A DNA stretch of 56,177 nt, from IMG/VR virus record IMGVR_UViG_3300045988_073633, positions 1 through 56,177 of that record, one strand, 5' to 3'. The notes under the pieces were generated by a model that did not search any database, had not been told where the DNA came from, and saw nothing but the letters and a program-made list of their open reading frames with translations. The stretch's first letter is position 1, and each line of letters begins with the position of its first letter. This DNA comes from a virus. Positions 34,700 to 45,000 of this stretch are shown here, piece by piece. The translations under genes were made by a program, and so were the position numbers.

Positions 34700-35392
34700 A
34701 TGAGTACATTAAGGCATAATATTGATATATATGTCGATGATAAAGAAATTACATTGAATGATATATCGGAAAAATCTGGTTTATCTGTTTCTACATTATC
34801 CAATGTATTGTATAAAAATTCGAAAGATATACGTCTAGGAACTGCTCTTGCACTTGCTAAGGCATTTGAAATCACTTTAGATGAATTGATTGGTTCTGTT
34901 ACAATGGAGCCAAAAATGAGTGAATCAGTGCGTATGTGCAGGGAACTACCAGAACATAGTATTTATCTAGTTAGGTATTTTATACGGCATCAATATATGA
35001 TATACAATAAAATTAAAACTAATTATATATCTGTATTGATTCCGAGACTAGAGAACGGAATTATGCCAACAACTAATGTAGTAGAACCATTATGTGTGGA
35101 TTTACCAGAGGATATAAAATCTAAGGCATATATAGGGTTAAAGATACCATCAGATAATTATATGCCTTATTACGATGCCGGAGAGATAATTCTTATAGCT
35201 TCTGACCGAGAAGCACAAAGAGGGGAGCATTGTGTTGTAACTAGCAATGGTGGAATTTATATAGTTGAAAAATCAAGAAAAACGTATAAACCACTTACAT
35301 CTCAATACGATATACCAGCTTCTAAAATTGATGATAAAATCGGATATGTTGTAGGTTTTCTTAACAAGGATCTAACGTGGGGAATACGATAA
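34700..35392 (+). CDS. XRE-HTH protein with an S24/LexA-like C-terminal domain (second repressor-like gene)
   Basis: HTH LNDISEKSGLSVSTLSNVL. The C-terminus NYMPYYDAGEIILIA...HCVV is S24-like but lacks the canonical Ser. Confidence 0.55.
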   Translation: MSTLRHNIDIYVDDKEITLNDISEKSGLSVSTLSNVLYKNSKDIRLGTALALAKAFEITLDELIGSVTMEPKMSESVRMCRELPEHSIYLVRYFIRHQYMIYNKIKTNYISVLIPRLENGIMPTTNVVEPLCVDLPEDIKSKAYIGLKIPSDNYMPYYDAGEIILIASDREAQRGEHCVVTSNGGIYIVEKSRKTYKPLTSQYDIPASKIDDKIGYVVGFLNKDLTWGIR

Positions 35393-35405
35393 GGAGGAAA
35401 ACAAT

Positions 35406-36095
35406 ATGAAAGAAAAAAAGGGTTTGGCAATCGCCGGAATGGTATTAGGAATATCATCGGTATTAGTTAGTTGCTGTGGTTGGCTGAGTATAGCATTAGC
35501 AATTATTGGACTTAGTCTGTCTGTAGCTTCTATTCTGATGCATCAGAACAAACCGTTTGCTATAACAGGAATTATAACATCCGGTTTCGCAATTTTAATA
35601 TCAATAATTGTTCTTATTACAGGCGTTACAGCCGGCATGATGGATTCAATTAATAGCAGCAGTGAGACAACAGAAGAAACAGAATACATGACTGAAGAAG
35701 AAACAACAGAGGAAACAACAGAATCAACGGAAATTAGTGAAGAAGATTTTAAGGCACAAGCTATGGAGGTTTCATACGAAGACATATATAGGAATCCAGA
35801 AACGTATAGAGATCAAATAATTAAGATTACCGTTAATGTAGAAGAATACGACACGCAGCTTTTTGGTTTAAATTCGGTATATTATTGTACAATGGACGGA
35901 AATGATTTACTTGTATCCGATAGAAGAACTATAGAAGAACCGACAATAGCACCCGGCGACACAGTTACAATATATGGCAAGGGAAATGGAATGGCAACTT
36001 TAACGGAGGAGCAAAAGGACGAGTTTGGATTCACAACAGATAGCACAAAATCATTAATACCAGACGTATCAATGATATACGTTGAATTAAATTAG
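35406..36095 (+). CDS. Membrane protein with an acidic T/E linker and an extracellular domain (prophage-expressed, possible exclusion factor)
   Basis: Two to three TM helices, then the TEETEYMTEEETTEETTE linker. Confidence 0.5.
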   Translation: MKEKKGLAIAGMVLGISSVLVSCCGWLSIALAIIGLSLSVASILMHQNKPFAITGIITSGFAILISIIVLITGVTAGMMDSINSSSETTEETEYMTEEETTEETTESTEISEEDFKAQAMEVSYEDIYRNPETYRDQIIKITVNVEEYDTQLFGLNSVYYCTMDGNDLLVSDRRTIEEPTIAPGDTVTIYGKGNGMATLTEEQKDEFGFTTDSTKSLIPDVSMIYVELN

Positions 36096-36100
36096 TTTTT

Positions 36101-36135
36101 AGGGGTAAGATCAATAAATCTTACCCCTATATTTT
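36101..36135 (+). terminator. Intrinsic terminator
   Basis: AGGGGTAAGA-loop-TCTTACCCCT followed by ATATTTTT. Confidence 0.65.
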
Positions 36136-36136
36136 T

Positions 36137-37159
36137 CTATTGGACGTACATCTGGAATTTGGTTATTGGATGTCCAAACAATCCGGCATATCCGTCCTGT
36201 CCATTGGATATCTGGTTGTTATGCTGCCATTCAAAATAAATGTTTCTGTCTGATGCCTGGACCCGGTACACAGCAACAGATCCATCGACTACAATTTCCA
36301 CAGCATCAATAGCGTTTCTTAAATCCCCGGCAAATCCATTTTTGATATCGTTCAGATCGTATCCATCAATGTAAGGATACCATTTCCCTTTAATTGTATG
36401 AACTCTTACCCGTACGTGCTTACCGGGTACCTTCACAGCGATCGCTTTTATAGCTCTACCGGCCCAGCCGGCATAATCTTCTAGGTTCTTTACCGGTGGC
36501 AGCCAACGATCGGTATAGACCTGATAAAGTGCATCACTTGCCGCAGGAACAATTGGCTGCGCTGTCGCATATTCCTTATAGAACTCACTGATATCAACAT
36601 TTCCCTGCACACCATTAATAGATCCAGTTGAAGTGTACTGCCATCCGACTTTTACACCTTCATAGGTACATACATCATTGTACTGTGCTACCCACTTATC
36701 CCACTGTCCGAATCGCGGATCTGTCAGTTTATTTGTAAACCAGTACTTATTCGCATAGATTCCGACCGGATATCCGGCATTCTGAAGTGCCTTGCAAAAG
36801 ATCTCCGCCATATCTCCTAACAGATCCGGACTACTCTTTCCGGTTGTATTTTCATCCTCCATATCGTAGAAGATGGGCAGATCTAAGGATATACCTTGAA
36901 GCAGACGAATCGCATGTGCTGCTTCTGACTGTGCATGTGCGACAGAATCTGCATAACTGTATAGATACGCCCCTACCTTTAATCCGGCTTCTTTTGATCC
37001 ATTTACATTCTGATTCCAAAATGGATCATCTTGTGACAACACATCATCTCCAAATCCGCAGCGAATTATTGCAGCTTCAATCCCAGATTCCTTAACGGAC
37101 TTCCAGTCAATGTTTCCGTTGTGCTTACTCACATCAATAACTTTATACATTTTTACCAC
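36137..37159 (-). CDS. Endolysin, GH25 muramidase with a C-terminal wall-binding region
   Basis: VIDVSKHNG.IDW...AAIIRCG...GAYLYSY...FYDMED. Confidence 0.8.
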   Translation of the reverse strand: MVKMYKVIDVSKHNGNIDWKSVKESGIEAAIIRCGFGDDVLSQDDPFWNQNVNGSKEAGLKVGAYLYSYADSVAHAQSEAAHAIRLLQGISLDLPIFYDMEDENTTGKSSPDLLGDMAEIFCKALQNAGYPVGIYANKYWFTNKLTDPRFGQWDKWVAQYNDVCTYEGVKVGWQYTSTGSINGVQGNVDISEFYKEYATAQPIVPAASDALYQVYTDRWLPPVKNLEDYAGWAGRAIKAIAVKVPGKHVRVRVHTIKGKWYPYIDGYDLNDIKNGFAGDLRNAIDAVEIVVDGSVAVYRVQASDRNIYFEWQHNNQISNGQDGYAGLFGHPITKFQMYVQ

Positions 37160-37165
37160 TCCTTT

Positions 37166-38149
37166 TTAAGCGACCTTTTTATGGTCGATTTTTACATTGT
37201 CTTCATCAACACTACAATATAGCATTGTTGTATCTAAGCTCGAATGTCCTAGTATTGCCTGTAAGTGTTGTATTTTCATTCCCTTATTAAGGGCATTAGT
37301 AGCAAAGGTTCTACGGAACCTATGCGGATGCACATTGTTTATTCCTGTTATTTCAGATATCTTTTTTAACATTTTTTCTATTGATTGTTTGCTTAATCTT
37401 TCTCCAAATCTGTTGACAAAAAGTGATTCGTTACAATCTGTTCGTTCTTTTAAGTATTCTCCAATATAGTACAATGCCTTATCAGAAATATATACTTTCC
37501 TTTCTTTGCTTCCTTTTCCAAACACAATCGCTTCACCACGAATCATATCTATATCGTTCCAATTAAGATTAACAATTTCACTTACCCTGCACCCGGTTGT
37601 AAGCATAAATTCAATAATAGCTCTGTCTCTTTTATTCCATGTGGAATTTTTAATTCGTTCAATTTCATTGTCATTAAATGGTTTTCTGAAAACCTTTTCT
37701 GTTTTTATCTTCTTGATCCGTAGCATTGGATTTTTCTCGATATATTCTTCTCTTGTAAGCCATGCAAAAAAAGACGATAGATTTCTCCTTTTGTTGTCTA
37801 TTGTGCTTTTAGACACCTTTCTATTTTGCTGATACATTGCCAAGTGATATCGTATATCATTTGTAACCATGTCTTCTACTCTTTTGTCCACATCTAAAAA
37901 TAGAAGATTAATTGCTAATTCATATTGATCTAATGTTTGCTCCGACTTACCTTCTAATCTTAAAGATGCTATAAACTTCTTTTTCAATCTTTCATTGCTG
38001 TTATCATAAAATCCAACTTCATGTGATTTCTGCTCTACATGATATGATTGAAATAACACTGTTAGTGCATCTCCTAATTTTTCCATCTGCTCCTTGCTCA
38101 ATTCTTCTGACATCATTAGCAATAATTCACTTCTTAATCTTTCCTCCAT
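37166..38149 (-). CDS. XerC/XerD-like tyrosine recombinase (second recombinase)
   Basis: RVSEI...HPHRFRRTFAT...LGHSSLDTTMLY catalytic pattern. Lies between the tail fibre and the endolysin. Confidence 0.8.
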   Translation of the reverse strand: MEERLRSELLLMMSEELSKEQMEKLGDALTVLFQSYHVEQKSHEVGFYDNSNERLKKKFIASLRLEGKSEQTLDQYELAINLLFLDVDKRVEDMVTNDIRYHLAMYQQNRKVSKSTIDNKRRNLSSFFAWLTREEYIEKNPMLRIKKIKTEKVFRKPFNDNEIERIKNSTWNKRDRAIIEFMLTTGCRVSEIVNLNWNDIDMIRGEAIVFGKGSKERKVYISDKALYYIGEYLKERTDCNESLFVNRFGERLSKQSIEKMLKKISEITGINNVHPHRFRRTFATNALNKGMKIQHLQAILGHSSLDTTMLYCSVDEDNVKIDHKKVA

Positions 38150-38247
38150 AAATTAGTCCTCCCCTATGGTTTTTTATTTTTATTAATGCCATACGAAAGA
38201 CTTGTTGTCTATATACTGATAGTAATAATGTATTGTACACTAAACTC

Positions 38248-39609
38248 TCATTTAATCCGAATAGCGATAATGCTCGCCTCATTCTGCACAAAGTTCATCG
38301 GAGATTCAGCGTTCTGGTATACCCAGAGGGATACTGTTGTAACTGTTGTAAAGGTCGCAACTGTAACTAAGGTTCGAGATCCATATGGCCGATTGACTAA
38401 GATATCATCTGCATTGTCACCTTTAGATAATCGAGCATACTGAATATCTTTCTGATCAGAAATCAGACCAATTAAAAGATACATACCAGGCTGAATATTG
38501 TATGCAATACACACAGCCGTAAATGATGCAAGTGGAACTGGAACCGTTCCGCCTAAGTTGGTCTGACTAACCTCTCCGAGCTTTGAATAGTTTGAGTTTA
38601 GTGTAGATATAGCACCAGTAATTGTACCATCTCCTAAGGTAGATATGTCCGTACTTCCAATATCTTCTTTTAATCCGCTAAGGCTAACAGGTGAACTTGT
38701 TCCGCTTTTTGCTACCAAATCTCCAGCAGTTGAGTATCCATTAACTTTCTCATATATGTAATCATCAATCATTTTTGCAATTTTGCCCTTGAACTCAGAC
38801 CATTCAGATCCAGATACTAAGCTGCTTAACGCTTCTGGAACCTCAAAATCCGTTCCTACTGACATTGCACCAGTAGAAGACACTTTGACATCATTTGTTG
38901 CCATGACTTTTCCGGGAGTTGTTGTTGTCGCTATTGACATTCCGGCCGCAGATTTAGCTTGTTCCATATAGTATTTAGCATTATCTACAGCTTCTCCGTC
39001 TCTTAATCCGCTTAGACCATTAGCATATGACATTGACATTTTGGAGTAGTATTCTGACTGAGTTTCACTGCTTTTTGCATTATCCGCATAGTTTTTGACT
39101 TTTCCAGTTTCAACCTTAATGTTTGCAAGATATCCTGTCTCCAGCATTGATTCTGTAATAGAACCATTTTTGACACTTGCAGATATACTTCCGTCTTCCG
39201 CTACACTGAATGTTATAGTTGAAGATTCCTTGAATTCATACTGTGTAACAAGTGCCGACATATCAACATACTGATATGTTCCATCTTCTAATGTAATAAC
39301 TAATCTCTGATTAACGGAATCGTAACTAAAGTTAACAGCAATCTTCTGTAGATTAGTATTGTATGTCTGAGATGATCCATTCTTATAATTAATCGTCAAT
39401 ACGCCGGTACTCTCATTAAGAGTTACAGACAATACCATCTCATTTACTTCCGATATATCAGCTTTGATTGTATCTAGTGTTATTACTCTATCATCTATCC
39501 CATCTAATGCAGAGTCACTTTTATTTAAGTTGTTTTGATCGATTGGAGTTGCTGTTGATGGTCTGTTGATCCAATTAATTCTATTAAATAACTTTTTCCA
39601 ATTTTGCAT
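38248..39609 (-). CDS. Tail fibre / receptor-binding protein
   Basis: Met-12 follows SD GGAGG. The N-terminus NWINRPSTATPIDQNNLNKSDSALDGID is typical of Firmicute phage fibres. Last tail gene. Confidence 0.65.
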   Translation of the reverse strand: MQNWKKLFNRINWINRPSTATPIDQNNLNKSDSALDGIDDRVITLDTIKADISEVNEMVLSVTLNESTGVLTINYKNGSSQTYNTNLQKIAVNFSYDSVNQRLVITLEDGTYQYVDMSALVTQYEFKESSTITFSVAEDGSISASVKNGSITESMLETGYLANIKVETGKVKNYADNAKSSETQSEYYSKMSMSYANGLSGLRDGEAVDNAKYYMEQAKSAAGMSIATTTTPGKVMATNDVKVSSTGAMSVGTDFEVPEALSSLVSGSEWSEFKGKIAKMIDDYIYEKVNGYSTAGDLVAKSGTSSPVSLSGLKEDIGSTDISTLGDGTITGAISTLNSNYSKLGEVSQTNLGGTVPVPLASFTAVCIAYNIQPGMYLLIGLISDQKDIQYARLSKGDNADDILVNRPYGSRTLVTVATFTTVTTVSLWVYQNAESPMNFVQNEASIIAIRIK

Positions 39610-39610
39610 T

Positions 39611-41575
39611 TTATTTTTCCTCCAATTTCTTAATTCTATCATTCAACTGTTGTATTGTAGCAACCAGATCTGGTATTATCTCTTCGTATCTAAGGCTTTT
39701 AACGCCGTCATTCTCTACATATACACCATAATCTTCTTTCATCACTTTTTTAACTTGTTGCGCAATAAACCCATGATGATATCTATTAGATGTTCCGTTT
39801 TTAAGCCTATATTTGTAAGGTATAAGTGAACATATGAAATCTGAACTATCTTCTTTATTTAACCTTTCAAGGTCTTTCTTGACATGAAAATCTGATTTAC
39901 TTACTGTTCCATCTGGAGTATATACAGTTCCGTTGAACGTAGCACCGTTTTCAAAAATGTTAACCGCTCCAATTAATGCGGTTCTAGTTGTTCCTTCATC
40001 ATAAAAATATATACTTCCTTGATCCTGAGATACAGATACTTTAGCTCCGTTTCTTCCCATAAATGTACATACTGGAAAAGCTAATACTACAGATCCAATT
40101 CCATCATCTCTTACAATCATGAACTGATTTGTATTTTCTATCGCTGTTAACTTAATGCTGCCACCAGTAATCTTCATATCCGAGGCTTCAACAGCACCAT
40201 TTTTATTCAGTTTGAACTTGTCGCTCTCAATAGAAACTCTGTTAGCCTTAATTGTTATATCTCCAGCTTCTTGACTTATTTCAGATGAGACATCTCCTTT
40301 TGTTACTTTAGTGGCTATGTTTGCTTCAGTCTGAGTTATTTTTGTACTCATTTCATCTTCTACCGAAGTCGCTCTGGAAACTTCACTTTCTAGTCCGCTT
40401 TCAGTTGCTTCAACTCTGATTTTAAGTCTTCCATTTTCTGAGTTAAGTTTTTTTAATTGACTTGTAATGCTGTTCGGATCAGTTGATAAGTATTCCGTAC
40501 CTTCTGCTTTTATTTCGTCTGTTAATGCCTGTACTCCTGTTAGTGTCCTCTCGAATATATATGTTTCTACATATTCATCACCAACCTTAAAACTTATCAT
40601 ATCTCCACATTCAAGATATGGCTGGCCAACCATTGTTAATTTTGATGGCCGATAATAAAGTTTATCAATGTTACTTGCAATTTGATTAATAGTGTTTTTA
40701 AGTTGTTCTTCTTCTAATGACGCAAGAATATAATTGTCTGTAAACGTGTATGGATTATCAAGATTATTAGTCTCATATCTTGTTCCATCAGAAAACAACG
40801 CTATAACACCATCAATAGGATATGTTATATATTCTTCACATTCCGGGTAGTCTTTTAATATGCGTGCCTCTGATATATCCATATCGCTATCTGAATGTGA
40901 AGGATATAATGTTTCAGAAGGATATAATGTTTCAGAAGGATACAATGATGATGCTTTTATTTTTACATATTTTAATTTACCGTTTCTATCAATCTGTGGC
41001 CAGCAACAATTTAATTCGCATAGTCCAGACATAATATCTGTTCCACTTATTCCGCTTGAATAATCCAGTTTAGGATCAAATGATAAACTATCATACAATA
41101 AATTTGTTTCTATCTGATCTATTCCTACGTATTGGCATAATCCATCTCTTAATTCTTTGACAGTTGTTGGAAATTCAACAGATTTATACCACTCTGACAC
41201 ATCAGAATTAAGATTAATAAGTTTATCGTATGCTACGATTTCTCTATACGGCTTTCCTATTTGTTTTTTGGCTGAATAGACATTAAAAAATCCAAGTGAT
41301 AACTCTTCGTTGTCTACTATCAATACCGGATTGATTTCAGCTCCAACTATATCTTTTTCAACCCCGGTAACTGTAACAGTAAAGCAAGAAGCATTAATGA
41401 GACCGAATTTTAATTGTTCTTCGTTCATCATGATTTCTTCTAACTTCATGCTCTCAGATACAATGTTTTTATTGTTTAATTCCTTGTGGTACCCATCCGA
41501 GAATCGAATTACTAGATTCTTATTAACACTATCTTTTGTATATAGTTTTTTTAATTTTTCGCTTACATTAATCAT
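39611..41575 (-). CDS. Tail-associated protein (Tal-like) with a C-terminal S74-type intramolecular chaperone domain
   Basis: 654 aa. The C-terminus YRLKNG.SNRYHHGFIAQQV...LRYEEIIP..V..IQQL. Confidence 0.6.
   Translation of the reverse strand: MINVSEKLKKLYTKDSVNKNLVIRFSDGYHKELNNKNIVSESMKLEEIMMNEEQLKFGLINASCFTVTVTGVEKDIVGAEINPVLIVDNEELSLGFFNVYSAKKQIGKPYREIVAYDKLINLNSDVSEWYKSVEFPTTVKELRDGLCQYVGIDQIETNLLYDSLSFDPKLDYSSGISGTDIMSGLCELNCCWPQIDRNGKLKYVKIKASSLYPSETLYPSETLYPSHSDSDMDISEARILKDYPECEEYITYPIDGVIALFSDGTRYETNNLDNPYTFTDNYILASLEEEQLKNTINQIASNIDKLYYRPSKLTMVGQPYLECGDMISFKVGDEYVETYIFERTLTGVQALTDEIKAEGTEYLSTDPNSITSQLKKLNSENGRLKIRVEATESGLESEVSRATSVEDEMSTKITQTEANIATKVTKGDVSSEISQEAGDITIKANRVSIESDKFKLNKNGAVEASDMKITGGSIKLTAIENTNQFMIVRDDGIGSVVLAFPVCTFMGRNGAKVSVSQDQGSIYFYDEGTTRTALIGAVNIFENGATFNGTVYTPDGTVSKSDFHVKKDLERLNKEDSSDFICSLIPYKYRLKNGTSNRYHHGFIAQQVKKVMKEDYGVYVENDGVKSLRYEEIIPDLVATIQQLNDRIKKLEEK
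40899..40947. repeat. 18-bp in-frame tandem repeat (2.7 copies) inside the tail protein gene
   Basis: GAAGGATATAATGTTTCA twice plus a partial third copy. Encodes SETLYP repeats. Confidence 0.85.
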
Positions 41576-41991
41576 ATTGTTTCTACCCCATAACTAATCC
41601 ATGCCATTCTTGTTGATTGATACTGTATTTTATTTTCATCCGCGAAGTACATCTGCGGACTAAAATCAGCCATGTACATATCACTTGTGACGTATTTATC
41701 TAATTCCGGCACATAGACTTCAACGCTTGCTCTTTTTTCGATCGCATCTGAATAATTATTGCGAATGTTAAGCATAAGTTCTGAAAGTTGTAAGTTATCA
41801 AGCATATTTCTGGTTTCAAATTCAACTTTGGGTGCTTGATGTTTTAATGCTGTTCTGTGCAGAATTCCATCCGTATCCCTGTATGAATCCAAATCTTGCC
41901 CATAATTAGTTGCAGAGTAGCTTTCTGCCGCTATCATTGACAATGGGATTTTATAATTACCGACCTTAATTAGATATCCATTGTATGCCAT
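41572..41991 (-). CDS. Distal tail protein-like
   Basis: Position between the tape measure protein and the Tal-like gene. Confidence 0.4.
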   Translation of the reverse strand: MAYNGYLIKVGNYKIPLSMIAAESYSATNYGQDLDSYRDTDGILHRTALKHQAPKVEFETRNMLDNLQLSELMLNIRNNYSDAIEKRASVEVYVPELDKYVTSDMYMADFSPQMYFADENKIQYQSTRMAWISYGVETI

Positions 41992-42032
41992 TTTGTTTAC
42001 CTCACTTAAAAAGGAGAGGTAAAAACCTCTCC

Positions 42033-45000
42033 TTAATAAACCAATGCATTTCTTCCGCTTTGGTTGTAATATTTCCTGTTCGATTTTTTAACTGAATTAA
42101 ATATGTCGCTATCAGTTATACCAAATTCTTTTTGTACAATCTGCATAAGCAAATCGTTCTGCCTACGCAACATTGCCAATTCCTGTTGACTTGAATCGTA
42201 TATTGCGTCTCGTATTCCTGTTATCTCATTATTAGACGCTACTGCACTTTTACCATTTACAGTTCCGACAAGCTCTGGTCCTGCTTCGTTCGCTACAAAA
42301 AGATCACCCATATCCGGATATCCACCATACTTGAAAAACTTTAGGTTTGGCCATCCTGTTAGATGTAGAGCTTTCGTTACGCTTTTTTGTATTGTTCCAA
42401 CAGGAGTTGTAAACTCAACATGAAGATTTAATTTCATGTTTTGTCTTGCCCAATTCTGAAGGCTATTCCAAGCATTTCTAACGGTATCAATAAGATTAAT
42501 TGACGCTACTCTAATATTTAAAATTGTGGCTCCCTGCCACCATGCTAAAACTATTGACCATGCTTTAGCCAGACCGTCTTTTATATATACCCAAGCATTG
42601 CTGAATATATTAGACAATGTACTTCCAATACCGGATAAAGCTCCATACAACATTGTATCGAAAGCCAATCGAATAGAAATCCAAGTGACCGGATTAGTTA
42701 TAGCAGTCCGAAGAACAACAAGTAAATTAATAAACATTTTTCCAAGAACACTTCCTAATGATTTCCAATCAACATTATATATAAGTGATTGTATGGCTTT
42801 CATTAGGTCACCTGCTAATTTTGTCCAGTTTACATCATTTATAAATTCAGACAATGTATTTGTAATTGTATTAACATTATCATATATGAATCTTACAATA
42901 ACAGGTATTGCATCTGAATCTATAATGTTATTAATAATTCCAGCTATTCCCTTTGCCATTCTTTGTAATCCGGATTTTAGTTTGTTTCGGTCAAAATTAA
43001 GCAATGCTGTTTTAATTCCTACAATTATTGAATCTCCTATCTGCTTGTAATCTAACGTATTAGCCATTTCTTCAAATCCGGCAATACCAGAATTTATAAC
43101 ATTATATATTGCAGTCGCTATACTTTCTGTTGTTCTAACACTAAATATTCCATTAATGAAATCTGCAATGCCTTTTCCGGCATTTATTCCATTTTGTAAT
43201 ATCTGGTTCCAATCAATTGTAGAAACTGAGCTTTGGATAATTTCGCTTAAAAACTCACCAACAGCTTTAAAATCTGTAGATTCAAGAAATGCACCTATAT
43301 TGGCACTTACTGTATTAATTGCTTCTCCTATTGTATTTCCTATAGAAGAAGATAAGTCATCTGCGGAAACAAATCCACTTATAAATGTTCCTATTGACTT
43401 TCCAATCTTTTTTGCTTTCTCTTTTATTGCAGACCAATTAATTGAATCTAATTGAGCAGCCAATTCTGTTCCCAGATCTTTTCCAAGCGAATAGAAATTT
43501 CCAGTTTCCCATGCTTCCTTTATTCTTTCAGACAATTTTTTTATATTATCCGGAATATCAGCATCTTCAAACCCAGTTCCTTTATTGCTGTTATTACCGC
43601 TTCCACTTCCTCTGCCACTACCATCATTAGTAGTTATATTGTTTAATTCATCGAAACTTTGTAATTGCTTGTTTAAGTCTTTCTGAGCCTTAGATGCACC
43701 ACTTGCAGAATCCTTAAATGCGTCCATGTTTGCAGTAGCTTTAATGTATGTGTTTTGCCCAGATAATGCTGCAATTAATTGTGATAACGCATTGACGGCA
43801 GATAGTATTCCATTTGCTAACGCATTAACTGCAGGCAACACGTAATTCATAACAGGCTCAAATGCTGCCACAAACTGACCGCCTATTAATTGCAACGTGA
43901 CTTTTAATCTCATCATCTGATCGTTCAATCTTGATGAATGCTTTTGTAGATTGTCAAAACTATCTCCCATGCTGTCAGTAGTTGCTGTAACAGCCATAGA
44001 TCTCAGTCTACTGGCTAGTGCCATGAATATTCTTTGAACTCCACGCAATAGTTTATTTGAGCTTCGACTGCTTGTTTTCCCAAGCGACAACATTTGCTTT
44101 ATTACGTTTTTAATTGCGTCCGAAATTTTTCTGAAAAATCCGACTATATACTGTGCTATTTTTGATACTACACTTGCCAACTTTCGAAAAGCATTGATTA
44201 ATACCGTCACCCCAGCTAAAACAATTCCTATTACCGGAATAGCCGTCTCTAGTCCAGCCATTGCTGTCCCTGCCGCTTCTGAAGTTGTTGCAACTTCTGT
44301 CATACTAGCAGAAATATTGGAAAGATTTTGCCCTGCAGATTGAACTCTTTCTGCAACTTGGCCAAATCCAATACCTCTTAATGCAGAAGCAACTGTTTTT
44401 GATACAGAAGAAAGCCTTTCAAAAACACTATAAAGCCCACTTGCCGGCTTTTCTATTGACTCTATTGCATTACCGGCAGTTTCCATTTGAGTTGCAGAAT
44501 CAACAAGTTTATTGTACCCTTCTGTCACATGGTTTATATTCCACTCAAGATCTTTGTATTTCTGTGAATTTTTGCTTACTCCCGTATCTTCAAATCTTTG
44601 TTTCTTAACAAGAAGTTTGTCAAGAGCAATTGATGTTCTCTCAATTTGAACCTGTAAATCCTTATATGCACTTGTATACTTTTCTCCGTTTTTTAATTCT
44701 GGATTTTCATAGGCTTTCTTTTGTGTTAGCTTTTTCAAATCCCCATATGCTGCATTTTTCATATATTTTTCTATATCACCCGTATCAGTTGCCATTGCAG
44801 ATGATGCACGAGGGAATCTTTTTTCTATATCTTCAATTAAATCTTTGTAATCTTTTATTGTTTGTTTGGCATCTGGAAAATCTTTTTTCAACTTTTGAAA
44901 ACTTCGTTGTAATCCAGAAAAGTAATATCCTTTTGTATCATAATCTTGAATATTAGAATCATACCAACTTAAATTACTTTTATAGTAATCAATTCCTTTT

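Noticed and set aside
38186-38443. An 85-aa plus-strand ORF overlapping the 3' end of the tail fibre gene, considered as an alternative fibre tip or shufflon segment for the neighbouring recombinase.
   Set aside because: It has no sequence similarity to the fibre C-terminus, no flanking inverted repeats visible by eye, and a hydrophobic junk-like composition.
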